DNA from: Podarcis melisellensis | Lineage: Eukaryota | NCBI GenBank assembly: GCA_964234715.1 | Contig: OZ174283.1 | DNA length: 64,000 nucleotides | Direction: 5' to 3' (one strand) | In this document: positions 12,179 through 23,901 of the stretch, piece after piece | How positions within the stretch are numbered: position 1 is the stretch's first letter | Layout of the letters: each line of letters opens with the position of its first letter | The notes under the pieces: generated by a model | What the model was told of the DNA's origin: nothing | Databases searched by the model: none | What the model saw: the letters and a program-made list of their open reading frames with translations, nothing else | Made by a program: the position numbers and the translations under genes

Positions 12179-12540
12179 AAGGTAAAGGTAAAAGTACCCC
12201 TGCCTGTACGGGCCAGTCGTGTCCGACTCTGGGGTTGCACGCCCATCTCGCTTAAGAGGCCGGGGGCCAGCGCTGTCCGAAGACACTTCCGGGTCACGTG
12301 GCCAGCGTGACAAGCTGCATCTGGCGAGCCAGCGCAGCACACGGAAATGCCGTTTACCTTCCTGCTAGTAAGCGGTCCCTATTTATCTACTTGCACCCAG
12401 GGGTGCTTTCGAACTGCTAGGTTGGCAGGCGCTGGGACTGAGCAACGGGAACGCACCCCGCCGCGGGGATTTGAACCGCTGACCTGACGATCGGCAAGTC
12501 CTAGGCGCTGAGGTTTTACCCACAGTGCCACCCGCGTCCC
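12179..12540 (-). mobile_element. Sauria SINE (POM-like subfamily), full length
   Basis: GGGACGCGGGTGGCACTGTGG head, ACCTTT tail, TSD aattaatatata at 12167-12178 and 12543-12554. Confidence 0.92.
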
Positions 12541-12910
12541 TCAATTAATATATACCAACATCTTTTTGTTGTTGTTAAAATGGGAAGTTAAGCTAAGTTA
12601 TGCAAGATGGAACTGTTAGAAATGGCTATCAATACTCCTTGTCTTCTGGCCTTTGTGCCTCTCAAATCTGAATGGAGGCATTTAAAATAGTTAAAGAGAT
12701 CTAGTTTTGCCACCCTCAGAAATGAATAGTTGTACAATGGACACTTCTCTTAAAGGGTCTAACATTCTATTTACCTAAAAAGGGAGGGTTAACTGAGCAA
12801 CGTAAAAATACGTTTCAGCTATAACTGTGCATACTCTTTGTGAGCCTAGTTAGAACCAATTAAAAAAGCAGCTTTTCTTGCATTGTTTAATGCTATTATT
12901 GCACAACATA

Positions 12911-13550
12911 CCGTATTTTTCGCACCATAGGACGCACTTTTTCCCCTCCAAAAATGAAGGGGAAATGTGTGTGCGTCCTATGGTGCAAATGCAGGCTTTC
13001 GCTGAAGCCTGGAGAGTGAGAGGGGTCGGTGCGCACCGACCCCTCACGCTCTCCAGGCTTCGCGGACCTCTTCGCAAGGAGCGGGAGCGCTCCGGCTCCT
13101 TGCGGAGAGTTGCCAGCATGCGCGTGCTGAGCTCAGCGCGCCCAGGCTTCGCGGACCTCTCCGCAAGGAGCCGGAGCGCTCCGGCTCCTTGCGGGGAGTT
13201 GCCAGCATGCCGAAGCCTGCGCGCGCTGAGCTCAGCGCGCCCAGGCTTCGCGGACCTCTCCGCAAGGAGCCGGAGCGCTCCGGCTCCTTGCGGGGAGTTG
13301 CCAGCATGCCGAAGCCTGCGCGCGCTGAGCTCAGCGCGCCCAGGCTTCGCGGACCTCTCCACAAGCAGCGGGAGTGCTCCCACGGCTTGCAGAGAGCTGC
13401 CTGTTTGCGGGCTGGGGTCGGGGGAAGCTCGAGCTTCCCCCGCCCCAGCCCCACGCCTGGGGGGGGAAAATAATTTTTTTCCCTTTATTTCCCCCCCCAA
13501 AAATGGGTGCGCCCTATGGTCCGGTGCGCCCTATGGTGCGAAAAATACGG
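12911..13550. mobile_element. Young Tc2-like MITE with internal palindromic minisatellite
   Basis: 27-bp TIR CCGTATTTTTCGCACCATAGG(A/G)CGCAC; TA flanks at 12909-12910 and 13551-13552. Confidence 0.9.
13053..13400. repeat. GC-rich tandem repeat, about 3.6 units of 89-99 bp
   Basis: ccaggcttcgcggacctc recurs at 13053, 13142, 13241 and 13340. Confidence 0.95.
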
Positions 13551-13943
13551 TAGCTTCTCTAATAGCTTCCCATGGTCTACTGCTTATGCATTTTATTGGG
13601 ATATTTTTGTCCTGATCATAGGCATCTTCCTACCTTTAAAAACTCTGGGTGAGGAAATTACATCACTTCCTTGGGAGCAGATTTTCAAGGGTGTGACCTT
13701 CATTTCCATTATAAACCACAACTTTACTATTTTAGAAGCTTATGAAGATCTGATAATTGCATCTCTATGCACAGGTAGCTTTAATTTTACACTCAGCAAT
13801 GAGCCTTTCACTCCTACGACTTTTTGCACAACAATCAATTTGTTTCTAAAAACACAATATAAACGCAATGACAATGGGCTGGAAGTGAAAGGATAGGGGG
13901 TGGATGACTCAATCACAAGCATAAAGAAAAGGAGATAATCAAC

Positions 13944-15515
13944 CTTGGAAACATAGTGCACTATCATTTTCTTGGCTGCTGCTGTTGGTTGTTTCCATGT
14001 CTTGGTAAGAGGCACTAAGTGGTAATCTTCCACATTCGTTCTGGTACAAAGGGCAATGAATAGCACCATCTTGAGGCAGTGGATGAAAAGGCTGGAGCAT
14101 GGGACTCTTCCTAAGAGCTTTAAGGGAGGAATTCCTCTCGGGAATGTCTGGAAGCAGCTCAGAAATAAGTCTGTGCAAGATGCTGTTGTCAGGCAAGCTT
14201 CCCCTTCTTCTTTCTGCTTTGATTTGGTCACAGATATCTTTAAGCGCAGAGTCCAGAGCGTCAAAGACAGCTGATTTGCATTTAGTCTTTTCAGCCTGCT
14301 TTTTGGGGGCTGCCGTTTTTTTCCTCCGGAAAGGCACTGGGCTGACTAGGAATGCTATCTTAGAGAGGCCAGAGTCCGAGTCTTGTCTTCTAGGGTCTTC
14401 TGGGGTAGTTTCCTGTTTAGCCCTTTCATGCTTTCGCATGGTGGTGAAGCGGGTGTACGATGCTGGGCACCTCCCTTTGCAGGAGCTGATGAGATGCTTG
14501 TGATGGTGGTGGTGGTGGTGGCCCGATCCATAAAAGCTTTCCGACGACGTAAAGGAAAAGTGGTCAAAATCACTTTCACTACAAAAGGAAGAGCCTTCTA
14601 TCTGTATAAAGTCACTGAGGTCAGAGACCACCCCATCTTGGTCACTGTCTGAAAAGTCCAGATTAGATCTTTGCGGTTCCTCACTAGTCACTTCAATGTG
14701 AATTGGCACCAGAGTTTTAGATTTGTAATTCCGTTGTACCTGAGTAGCATGTCTGCCTTGGTTTTCCTCCTCCAGCAAGGACTCGATGGAAAACCGTCTC
14801 TTTGTACAGAAGCCATTTTTAGGGGGTTCGAGGAGGGTTACTGCTGACAGTGCTTCTTCAGCTAAGTTTGGCATTGATTTTGACTTCTGAATCAGCTTTT
14901 CAAATTCAGATATTCTATTGGGCACCATGTCTCTGGGCACTTCCTCAGCAGAGGAGTCTTTCCAGCCCTGCAGCAGGTCTTTATGCTGTTCCTTTTCATA
15001 CTGCAATACCCTGGACTTTACAGAACAGATTACCTCAGAATTCAGCAAGTCTTTCCGATTGATACGGTGCATCCTCTTATACATTTTCAGGAAGCCAGGA
15101 GCATCATGTGCTGATCTATGACGTGCCCGTGAGTGACTGGAGCCACGGCTTTCAGAAGCGTATGGGGAAGCCCAGGTAAGTGTGGAGCCACCTTTCAAAT
15201 CTTCCTCACATAACAGAGACACCATGCTTTCCGATTTATTCTGTGGGTCAGGAAAGCTACAACGATCATCTGCTAGCAGGTCATCACAACTGCGAGATTT
15301 CCGCTTGGGAGAGGAAGTCTCTTCCGTGCTGCTCCAGATTTCTGCATTCTGACGGGACATTTGCCAGCCATTCTTGTAGCTGATTGCCCTTCTTGAGTCA
15401 CTTGGCACAGCCAAGCGTTGTCCATAGGTTCTACAGTAATCTAATTCATTTGAGCTGCTGTAGTTGGGCACTGAGTAACTGGAAAGGGGTGAACACACTT
15501 TGCTAATATCCCCAC
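13944..15515 (-). CDS. SORBS2: SORBS2 large neural-type (nArgBP2) exon, 1572 nt, phase 1-1, with His tract
   Basis: AAG|GT GGG GAT acceptor and CAAG|GTTGAT donor; translation matches human GGDDSK...KSRSCDDLL...KSKSMPNL...HHHH...[18 protein letters not shown]. Confidence 0.95.
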
Positions 15516-15726
15516 CTTTATAATCCACAGAGCAGCATGGTGAAAAAGAGACATTGCCAGAAATTAACAGATTCAAAAGCAGATAGGAAATAAGACAATC
15601 AGCACATGCCAGAAAGAACAGAGAGAAGGCAGTTAGTCTTCCTAACCTAGCATTAAGCACTAATGTAAGATACACATTACCAAAGCATAGGGGATGAAAA
15701 ACAGATCTAAGCATTTATTAGACCCT

Positions 15727-15820
15727 GGGCTGCAATCCTTTACACACTTACTGGGTGTAAGCCTCATTGAAATCAATGGTACTTACTTTTGATTGAGTAG
15801 ACAGGTATAGGATTGCACTG
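15727..15820. mobile_element. About 90-bp hairpin MITE-like repeat
   Basis: Inverted ends tgcaatcct...aggattgca; similar copies near 45620-45711 and 49200-49276. Confidence 0.5.
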
Positions 15821-16670
15821 TTAAAATCTAAAGGTTCAGCAAATAGAATCTCATGCTTCTAATAACAGTTAAATATTTTTATAGGTTGCGGTGGGAGGAC
15901 AGAGCACCTGTTTCCAGCATGTCTACCATGACTGTCTCATTTCTGACCGTATGGAAATCCATGGGTTTATACGCAGTGATCATGTCACCTCTTTAGGGCA
16001 ATCAAAGCAGACAAGTCGAACCACACATCCTGTTCAGAAACTGATAGCAAGGCATAGCAAGAAATGTAGAGACGACTTCTAACCTAGACACATCTAAACT
16101 ATCTTTCCCTTTCCTTAAGAGGCTGCACCCTTGGTAAGATTTATGATGGATTCAGTTTAACAGTTAACAAATGAGAGTTGGTTGTTATAATGCTCTAGTA
16201 GCCACAGCCATAGCCTACTAGGAGGTTTCTATTGTATGTAGGGGGGGAATGTGTGCCCCCATTTATTTTTGAGATCCATATCCTCATTCAAACTCTTGTG
16301 TATGACAGAAGGTATAACATTCTTTATATCTTCAAAAATAGAACATTCTTTTCTGTCCAGACAACAGAAGAAATGCAATTAAATGGCATGTCATACATTA
16401 CAGTCACAAATGCTGACTGCATTTTAAAAAAACAAAAAACACAATAATCTTCATATAGAGAACTTTTTAAAATACCCAAATCCCAGAGGATGAATATAAA
16501 TATAAGCACAGAATTTTGACTTCTTGCTTGTAGACATTTGAGAGATCAGTGAATGCTTAACCATCTAATAGCATTCAGCATCCATCAACAGCTCAACAAT
16601 ATTTTGCAGTTTATAAGGAATGTTTGTATAATTACATCGTAGCCTGTTTACAACTGTGCTAATTTCTTAC

Positions 16671-16858
16671 CTTTTGCTTTTGATGGAGACGATGGAGAAG
16701 AGGTTGTAACAGGCTTCCTAAGTGTAGAATATGTGCTCTGCGTATTTGTATGGCCCACACTAGCCCGATTTGCATTTTGATCACTCTGTGCCTTCTGATG
16801 AGGTACTGCTGGCTCAGACTTCCTTCTTTTCCTGTAGTCACTTGCCGTACTTGTTGAA
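16671..16858 (-). CDS. SORBS2: SORBS2 exon (SSTSTASDYRKRRKSEPAV...SSPSSPSKAK)
   Basis: TAG|T and AAAG|GTAAGA; 188 nt; phase 2-1; conserved RKRRKSEP. Confidence 0.96.
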
Positions 16859-17880
16859 CTAAGGAAATAAGCAGTATGAGTGTCACTGCACAGGACGTGT
16901 TAAAAAAACTTAAGTGATGTACTCATCAGCCAGTGCTGACTTAATTACGTACTACTAATAAAAACCAAACAACAAGATGATTAGCCCAAATAGTGTGACA
17001 ACAATCTCATTTTGATCCCGATTTATTTGTTTACATGTCTCAAGCTCTTTTAAGTTGGCAAGAATCAGAGCTGGGGTCTGTTGGTTGACAACTCTGTGGC
17101 CTTGACTCTTCTTTTTGACAGAACACAAAACAATACAACACAAGTTCCAGTTCCCTACAGCATCTCTTTTGCAGTTTAGCAACTGAATGGAAAATGTGAA
17201 ACATAATGACCAAACTATGATTTTGTTGAAGAACAGAATGCTTCCTGAAGCACTGCATGACACTAACAGCAACAAGTCCAGTGATAGTGACAGTGTAACC
17301 TGACTGTTTTTCACTTCCAATTAGGGGGTACCTTAATAAATTCAAAGCATTTTCCAAAACCATGGTTTCCAGGGAAGAAGGAAGGCTTCTACTGCTGCTA
17401 TATAATTTACAGACATAAGCCTAATGGAGAGCTGGTGATTACATTATTCTTAATCTGAAAGCACGATAAACATGGCTAGCAGCAACATACATCCTTTCAC
17501 TTCATGGGTTTGGCACTTGAAAAACAACACAAAATGAGAATGCAAACAATGGAGATGCTGAAAACAGAGAGGAGGAAAATTTGATGGTGTGTGGAGCATC
17601 AGGACAAATTATGCTTCATATTCAAACAGAAAGGGACAAGAACAGATTATTAGATTTGTACTGAGGTAAGGAGTCCCAGCCAGAAACATGCATATCAGTC
17701 TGGGCATAGCAAAAATAGGGAGGGGTGGAGTCTGTGCTTTACCCCAAAAGGCTATATGGAAATGTCTTCCTGTAGGAGGAAGACCAAGTCCAGTTACTTT
17801 CAAATGCAAGCTGCTCTATAGATGAGCTTGAAGTCTCTGTACAGCCCCCCCCTACTTTCATTGATCAAAGTTATTCTTAC

Positions 17881-17930
17881 CTAGAAGGTCTGCCCAAGCC
17901 TCTATCTGTTGGACTGTAATATAAGGAAGT
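17881..17930 (-). CDS. SORBS2: SORBS2 exon (TSLYYSPTDRGLGRPS)
   Basis: CAG|ACT and AG|GTAAGA; 50 nt; phase 0-2; counterpart of human ASLYQSSIDRSLERP. Confidence 0.92.
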
Positions 17931-19261
17931 CTGGAGGCACAAACAAGCAAGACAGTTAGCCTTTTATATGGGGTTTCACTGGTATAATTCATAAGAAATC
18001 ACTATGCAATGACTATAGGAACACCATAATTTATCACACCAAGAGAAGCTTGAAAAATTAGAAGTGAGGCAGCTTTCAAAGTTAATTTTATGTCCCTCAT
18101 TTAATACTTGAAAGGTCAAGCAGCAAACTGTTCCTTTTTAAGCTTGTTCCCAAAATGATAGGTGCTATGATTTACATTGGCTAAAAGGTGGAAGCTATAA
18201 AACCTCAGATAAATACATCAATCAATCAATCAATCAATCAGTAAATGAGAGACTTGAGATATCCTATAATTACTTACCAAAGTATTAATGTCAAAGAAAG
18301 CTTGAAATTCTCTGTATACATAGCTTACACATCTATAACTTGCACGGCCACTTGGTGACCTTCTTAACTTCATGTTAAGAGCAGAGTTGGTCCCACCAAC
18401 CTAAAGACTTTTTCCGTTGCTTAAGAAGTGACAGCCGAATGACCTTTGGGAATGCAAATACTTAAAACTTGTCAATATATGTTCAGTCCTTAGTGACACA
18501 CTATTTTTAATCTAGTCACTTAACTGGTGTGAAAGCTTGCGCTGGAATTAGACACACATCGTACTACAGTTTGTGGGAGCTAGAAAAAGAATCATGTTAT
18601 CCCAGGGACATCTTTTCATGGGCACAAAACTATGCATTCACATATTAAGCATATTTTACATTCAGGCTATGTAATTTCAGAGATGACCCAAGGAACTGAA
18701 AATAGAATTTTCACACTGTGTGCTACTGTTCTTTGTGGAAAAGCAGGAGGTCAGGCTGAAATCACACACAAAATGTATTATAGGAAGCAATCTGCTATTG
18801 CATTGCATCTGGGTGAACTCATTTACTTTCGGCGAATGACAGCAGAGCTTGTATTCGTATTTACGTTTTAATTTTCTTATATATCACTTCGGTAATTTCT
18901 TTTTTTGCTGTGCCGAGAGAGACGGCAAAAGAGATTTTGCATCACCACCCACCCAGAATGAACTCCAGAATTTATTGAGCCTGAGCACCAGACTATTCCT
19001 GTGTTCCGTCCTCCTCCTTGTTGCTGTGCACCACCCTAACAGTGGGGACTGGGAGCCCAGCAGGACACAAGGCCAGTGGACTGCTGAATCTGCTCTGCCT
19101 CTTATAGTGTTAGTAGCTATTCTGGGGGATCCAGTCAGCAGTGAGCCTCTGCCAATCTGCAGGCACTTGCCAGATCCCTAAACATGCTGACTACCGACAT
19201 CAAGGTCTTTTACCACAACTGTCATTCATTACAAATGCATTGTATAGTAGAACACAGAAAC

Positions 19262-19437
19262 AAAGGAAGTTGTTATGTGCTAGCTGCCACCTAACCCAGT
19301 TTTGTCCATTCTGACAGACAATGGACCTCCAGGGTATCAGGCCTTTCCCATCACCTGCTACCTGGAGAAGCTAGGAATTAAACCTGGCACCTTCTGAATG
19401 TGGAGCATGAGCTCCACTACTGAGCTACAGCCCCTCC
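19262..19437 (-). mobile_element. tRNA-derived SINE (Squam3-like)
   Basis: Minus-strand head GGAGGGGCTGTAGCTCAGTAGTGGAGC...GGTTTAATTCC with A/B-box-like motifs. Confidence 0.65.
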
Positions 19438-19498
19438 TCAGTAACAAGACATAAAAGTAATCTGTTACCCGAGAACAAGATCTATCAGAGATATTTAA

Positions 19499-19900
19499 GT
19501 ACATAAGAAGAGACTGCTGGATCAGGCCAGTGACCCATCTAGTCCAGCATCCATTTTTCACAGAGGTCTGTGGGAAGCCCACAAGCAAGACCTAAGTGTA
19601 CCTCCTCTCCTTCAGATCTCAGAAACTGGTATTCAGAGACCTACTGCCTCCAACTGTGGAGGTAGACCATAGTCACTGTGACTAGTAGCCATCAATAGCC
19701 ATTTCCTCCACGAATTTCCCTGTTTAGGGAAGTTTTTAATGTTTGAAGTCTTATTCTGTTTTTAGTGTTCTCTTGGTAGCCGCCCAGAGTGACTGGGGAA
19801 ACCCAGCCAGATAGGCGGGGTATAAATAATAAAATTATTATTATTATAACCCTCTTTTAAAGCCATCCAAGTTGGTGGCCATCACTGCCTCCTGTGGGAG
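19499..19900 (-). mobile_element. CR1-type LINE 3' fragment interrupted by an L2 3' end
   Basis: acataagaagagactgctggatcaggcc...aattt / aaccctcttttaaagccatccaagttggtggccatcac. Confidence 0.65.
19719..19846 (+). mobile_element. L2-type LINE 3' terminus with (ATT)n tail
   Basis: agccgcccagagtgactggggaaacccagccagataggcggggtataaataataaaattattattatt. Confidence 0.7.
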
Positions 19901-20193
19901 CTAAAATACCAAAGCAGCATACACATTTTCAACATCTCAAAATTTTTCCCTTGGAAACCAAGTTATGCAGAAGTCGTTATCAACAAGTATCCAAGATCAT
20001 ATTTTAAAGGCAGAGAAGTAGTATCTTTGAACATAATAGAAATGCAGTTGAAACCTAGAAAATGATCAACATTAATTTAGTATGCACTTTAAAAGTGTAA
20101 CATTTTAAGAAAGTTCACACACAGCAATTTGAGCAGGAAATAGATGCTGATGAGACGAGACACTATGTGTATTATTATTATTATTTATTATTA

Positions 20194-20373
20194 GCGTATT
20201 TACTCAAATCTAATGATCACCTTTTTCTGCCAAATTATGTTGCAAAAATTAAGGTTTGCATTGGATTCAATAGCACATTTACATTTGTCAGCAAATACTT
20301 TTTTTGGTTTCAAGGTTCTGAAAATTGAGGTGTGCATTTGATTCGATGGCACATTAGACTCTAGTAAATATGG
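20194..20373. mobile_element. Old Tc2-like MITE
   Basis: Degenerate TIRs gcgtatttactcaaatctaatg / cattagactctagtaaatatgg with TA flanks. Confidence 0.6.
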
Positions 20374-21240
20374 TATTTAGATTTCTTACCCACCCTCCAC
20401 CATATGGTCCCAGGGCAAGTTTTAAAAAATATAAAAACATAATATTAAAATCAGTTTAAGCAAATGTCTATCAAAAAAGAATAGGGTAAGTCCTAAAACA
20501 TCTCTCAGGTATCAAAGACCAAGGTAAAGAAATGTGTCTTCAGCATATGATGAAATGAGAATTATTCCAGTGGAGTTTGCAGGGAAAAAAGCTTTAGAAT
20601 TGGAGATGTGAAAAACTTATTTGAGTTTAGTCACCAATTTCATTGCTTCATGGAAATGAATAAACAAATAATGAAGGTGATAGCTTACTTAACAATATAG
20701 AATAGTGGTTTGTTTCTCCCTAACAAGCCAGGATTCATAAACCAAGAACAAACCTTGATTTAAGGTTGATTTGTTAAGAGAAATAAACCATCCTTCTGGG
20801 TTTAAATGAATATTAAGTGATACCTTTCCTGTTTTGTTTAACTGCTTGTGCATCAGCATGCAGCCAGGGCTGACCAATTCCATTTTACTGCTGGGAGTGA
20901 AGGCTAAGATTCTATCTCCTGAAGCTCATTTGACAGGCAGCTGAATCTTACGTTAACACTTGCAGTAGGACAGTATGGTCTACCCCACCTGGGGGAAATG
21001 GCAAGCTGTATGGTATGCACTGCTCTATTCTTTAGAACCTTGTGGCTATTCCCTATGCCTCACTCTGCCTAAAGGTAGGGCCAGCCTGCATCCATCTCAT
21101 GCACAAAACATTTCCTTAAGCCAAGATTCTTGCCTGAATTGCCTACATACGACCGCCCAAATAATTTCAAATGATGCTTATACTGCATTTCATGAACAAT
21201 GAAGAGATATGTAAACCACACATCTCCAAGAAATTTGGCT

Positions 21241-21296
21241 AATCATAGAATTGCAGAGCTCGAGGGTCATCTAGTCCAACTTTCTGCAATGCAGGG
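21241..21296 (-). mobile_element. CR1 extreme 3' end
   Basis: aatcatagaattgcagag...ggtcatctagtccaac. Confidence 0.5.
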
Positions 21297-22728
21297 TACT
21301 AAGTTTCCCTCAATATTTCCTCAGACATACAGAAACCTCCATATCTGTCTTGTATTTTGATAGGGGCAAAATATGGTGGCTACTCTATTTAGAATCACTT
21401 CAGGAAATGATTCAGCATTTTAAATGTTTCTTCAAATTGCTTCCCATTCCACCCCCTCGATGCTGTCCCTATCTTTTCTTGCTGTCTCATGGAAATCTTA
21501 AACCACTGCCTTGTTTTAAACTGACAACAAAAGAGAGAGAAAACGTCAGAACTGTTTAACTTTGCATTTTCTAAAATAAATAGGCCTCGTTTTCCTTTAA
21601 GCAAGGTGGAAATACATTTCCTGCTGAATTTAATGTCTCAAGGGAAAACTGTTTTCACAATCTTTGTGACATTGAGCAAACTAATTTACTCATAAATTGC
21701 CTGTTCGGGGGCAGGTACTAACTGATTTGCAGCTGTCATTTGCAGCTGCAAAATGCATCACCAAATCATCACCAAATTTTATTTTTAAAAGTGAAAAGGA
21801 GATATACAATAGTGCAAGTTAACGGTACCTGGAGAACATCATCGAGGTATTTGAATATTACCAAAACAGTCCTGTTTGTTTCATTTTGAAGGCTCGTTTT
21901 CTGGTCCTGCTAAACTCTAAAATATTCATACTGCTACACTCTGTTACATTCTGATACACGAAGGATACCAAGGCTCTCAAATTGGAGGATGTGCATATTG
22001 TCTACTCTAGATGACAAGAACTGCCTTCTACTTTCTATGCTGCTGGATTAGAGAGAGGGGCCACTGCCAAGTTGCCTAGTCTCTGCTTTTCCTTGTCTTG
22101 ATTCCTCCAATCCATTCCTCTCACATGTGCCACTGGTCTGCTGAGAGATGCCAGCTACCAACCTCTCCCTCTCTTGCTGCTGCCTAGCTGTACTCTTAGG
22201 CAACATGACTTGCTGGGAGCAGCCACCAGCAACAACATTCCACCAAAACTCCAACCCCTGTGTCCTGATTTGTGTCCACTGTGCAAATCCCAGAAATTCC
22301 AGGGTAAATAAGCAGAGCACTGGACTTGGACATCCTGCTTAAGGCAATTTCACACTGAAGAACAACACCACCTAGTTCTTTCCCTTGAGAGAAAGAGGGG
22401 AAGGCACAGAGGCGGCGGCAAGACACAGAACAGGTCAGAAGAAGAGCAATGAGCATGTGCAGCAGTCAGAATGGACCTTTGTGGAGAAGCAAGTATGTCT
22501 TGTATGCACAAGTCAGGACAAGAGAGTGCAGTGTGCTGCCCCATTGCCCGTATGAGGGACCCTCCACTGATGCTAGAAAGAAACCGAGTTATAATTGTAC
22601 TTAATTAGAAGGGCTGTTTATAGGGTGTTGTGTCTGTGAGCACTACATAGAAACCAAGCGAAAGAGAACTCATGATGTATGCCGTTCCCGAGTTTTAATC
22701 ATTGAAAGAAGAAACATGCTTAATTTAC

Positions 22729-22785
22729 CTCATTGGAAAGACCTTGAGGATTGTCTTGAACATAATCCAAAAGCTTTTTAGGAGG
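22729..22785 (-). CDS. SORBS2: SORBS2 cassette exon (PPKKLLDYVQDNPQGLSNE)
   Basis: CAG|CCT and GAG|GTAAAT; 57 nt; phase 0-0. Confidence 0.93.
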
Positions 22786-23817
22786 CTGCATCATTTTAGC
22801 AGAATTGCGAGATGAAATGGAGGAGAATCAATGGCAGCAAGGAATGGAACATGTGGAGAAGGTGAACATAGTTAGAAACTGAGTGTGGACAGATTACAAG
22901 AGTGGCACAAACATAACAAAAATGTGGGGAATAGTGAATGTGGAGAATGTGCAACAGAAAGTATACAACCATCTTATTAAACCCTTGCCTAGTTTAAAAT
23001 CAGCCGCCTTAATTCTTACAAGACAAACAAATGTCAAGAAAAACCATTCAAATATATCACCAGCTCCTATTTAGATCTCTGCTGATTTTTAGGGTGAGGA
23101 AAAAGTGTTCTGGAGTGCAAAGTTCTGCTTCTCTCCCTTCCACCTTCATTCATTTTGTTGGACTTGAATGAACAGCTAGGGATGCTTCGGTAATTTGCTC
23201 TTTGAATTCTGATACAAACTACACTGATCATCACCTACCAGACTAAGGTACAGACCCAGACATACTCATCCTCTGTATTTGGCATTTCTGTTAACATTGT
23301 GGTGCAGTGTGGAAGATGGTGGTCTCTTTCTCTACTTATTTCATTATCACTGATTTTGTGTTTCTGCAACTATGACAGAAGATCTCTTAGGGTCTAATTA
23401 GAGTAATGATCAATTTCATTATTAAATCTAAACAAGCATAGTAAAACTTTAATAAAAAGTGTAACATACTATGTTTTTCTTGTCATCTAGATATTAGTCT
23501 CAGGAATCAGTACTCCAAATTAGTGATCATCTCTGTTTTCAATAGTAAAGGGCTCAGGAAAAACTATTAAAGGAAGTTCAGTTTGGTGAGCCATTATTAT
23601 GAAACATTCTCTGAGCTTTAGTGGATTTTCTTCAAACATTCCAAATGTATATACCACAACCACAATATCTAACACACGAGACCTTTGACGGTGTGCATCA
23701 ATTATTCCTTTTTTAAGTCACTGAAGCATGTCTGGAATCTAGGCAATTTGATCTAGAAAAGTATAAACTGCATCTTATTTCCTAAAGTTTATCTATTAAT
23801 ATTCTAGCCTCACTTAC

Positions 23818-23901
23818 CGGGCGTCCAAACTCCAGCTCAGAAAAGAATTTATACCAGGGTTCATTTTCTAAATCTATGTCATCTGGGTTTATGCGACCCG
23901 T
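23818..23901 (-). CDS. SORBS2: SORBS2 cassette exon (TGRINPDDIDLENEPWYKFFSELEFGRP)
   Basis: CAG|ACG and CCG|GTAAGT; 84 nt; phase 0-0. Confidence 0.95.

Noticed and set aside
12850-13615. Overlapping 216-aa and 245-aa ORFs on both strands; superficially CRISPR-like palindromic array
   Set aside because: They are by-products of a GC-rich 99-bp (33-codon) repeat inside a MITE. The units have no variable spacers, there are no cas genes, and the context is a vertebrate intron.
13740-15383. Several antisense and alternative-frame ORFs over the large exon
   Set aside because: These are shadow ORFs of the real coding frame, with no recognisable products.
15516-15714. Hydrophobic N-terminal extension of the 591-aa ORF (possible signal or TM segment)
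   Set aside because: It is translated intronic polypyrimidine tract. Homology to SORBS2 begins at the acceptor at 15515.
19358-19437. tRNA-like sequence
   Set aside because: It is a degenerate SINE head continuing into a SINE body, with no intact cloverleaf.
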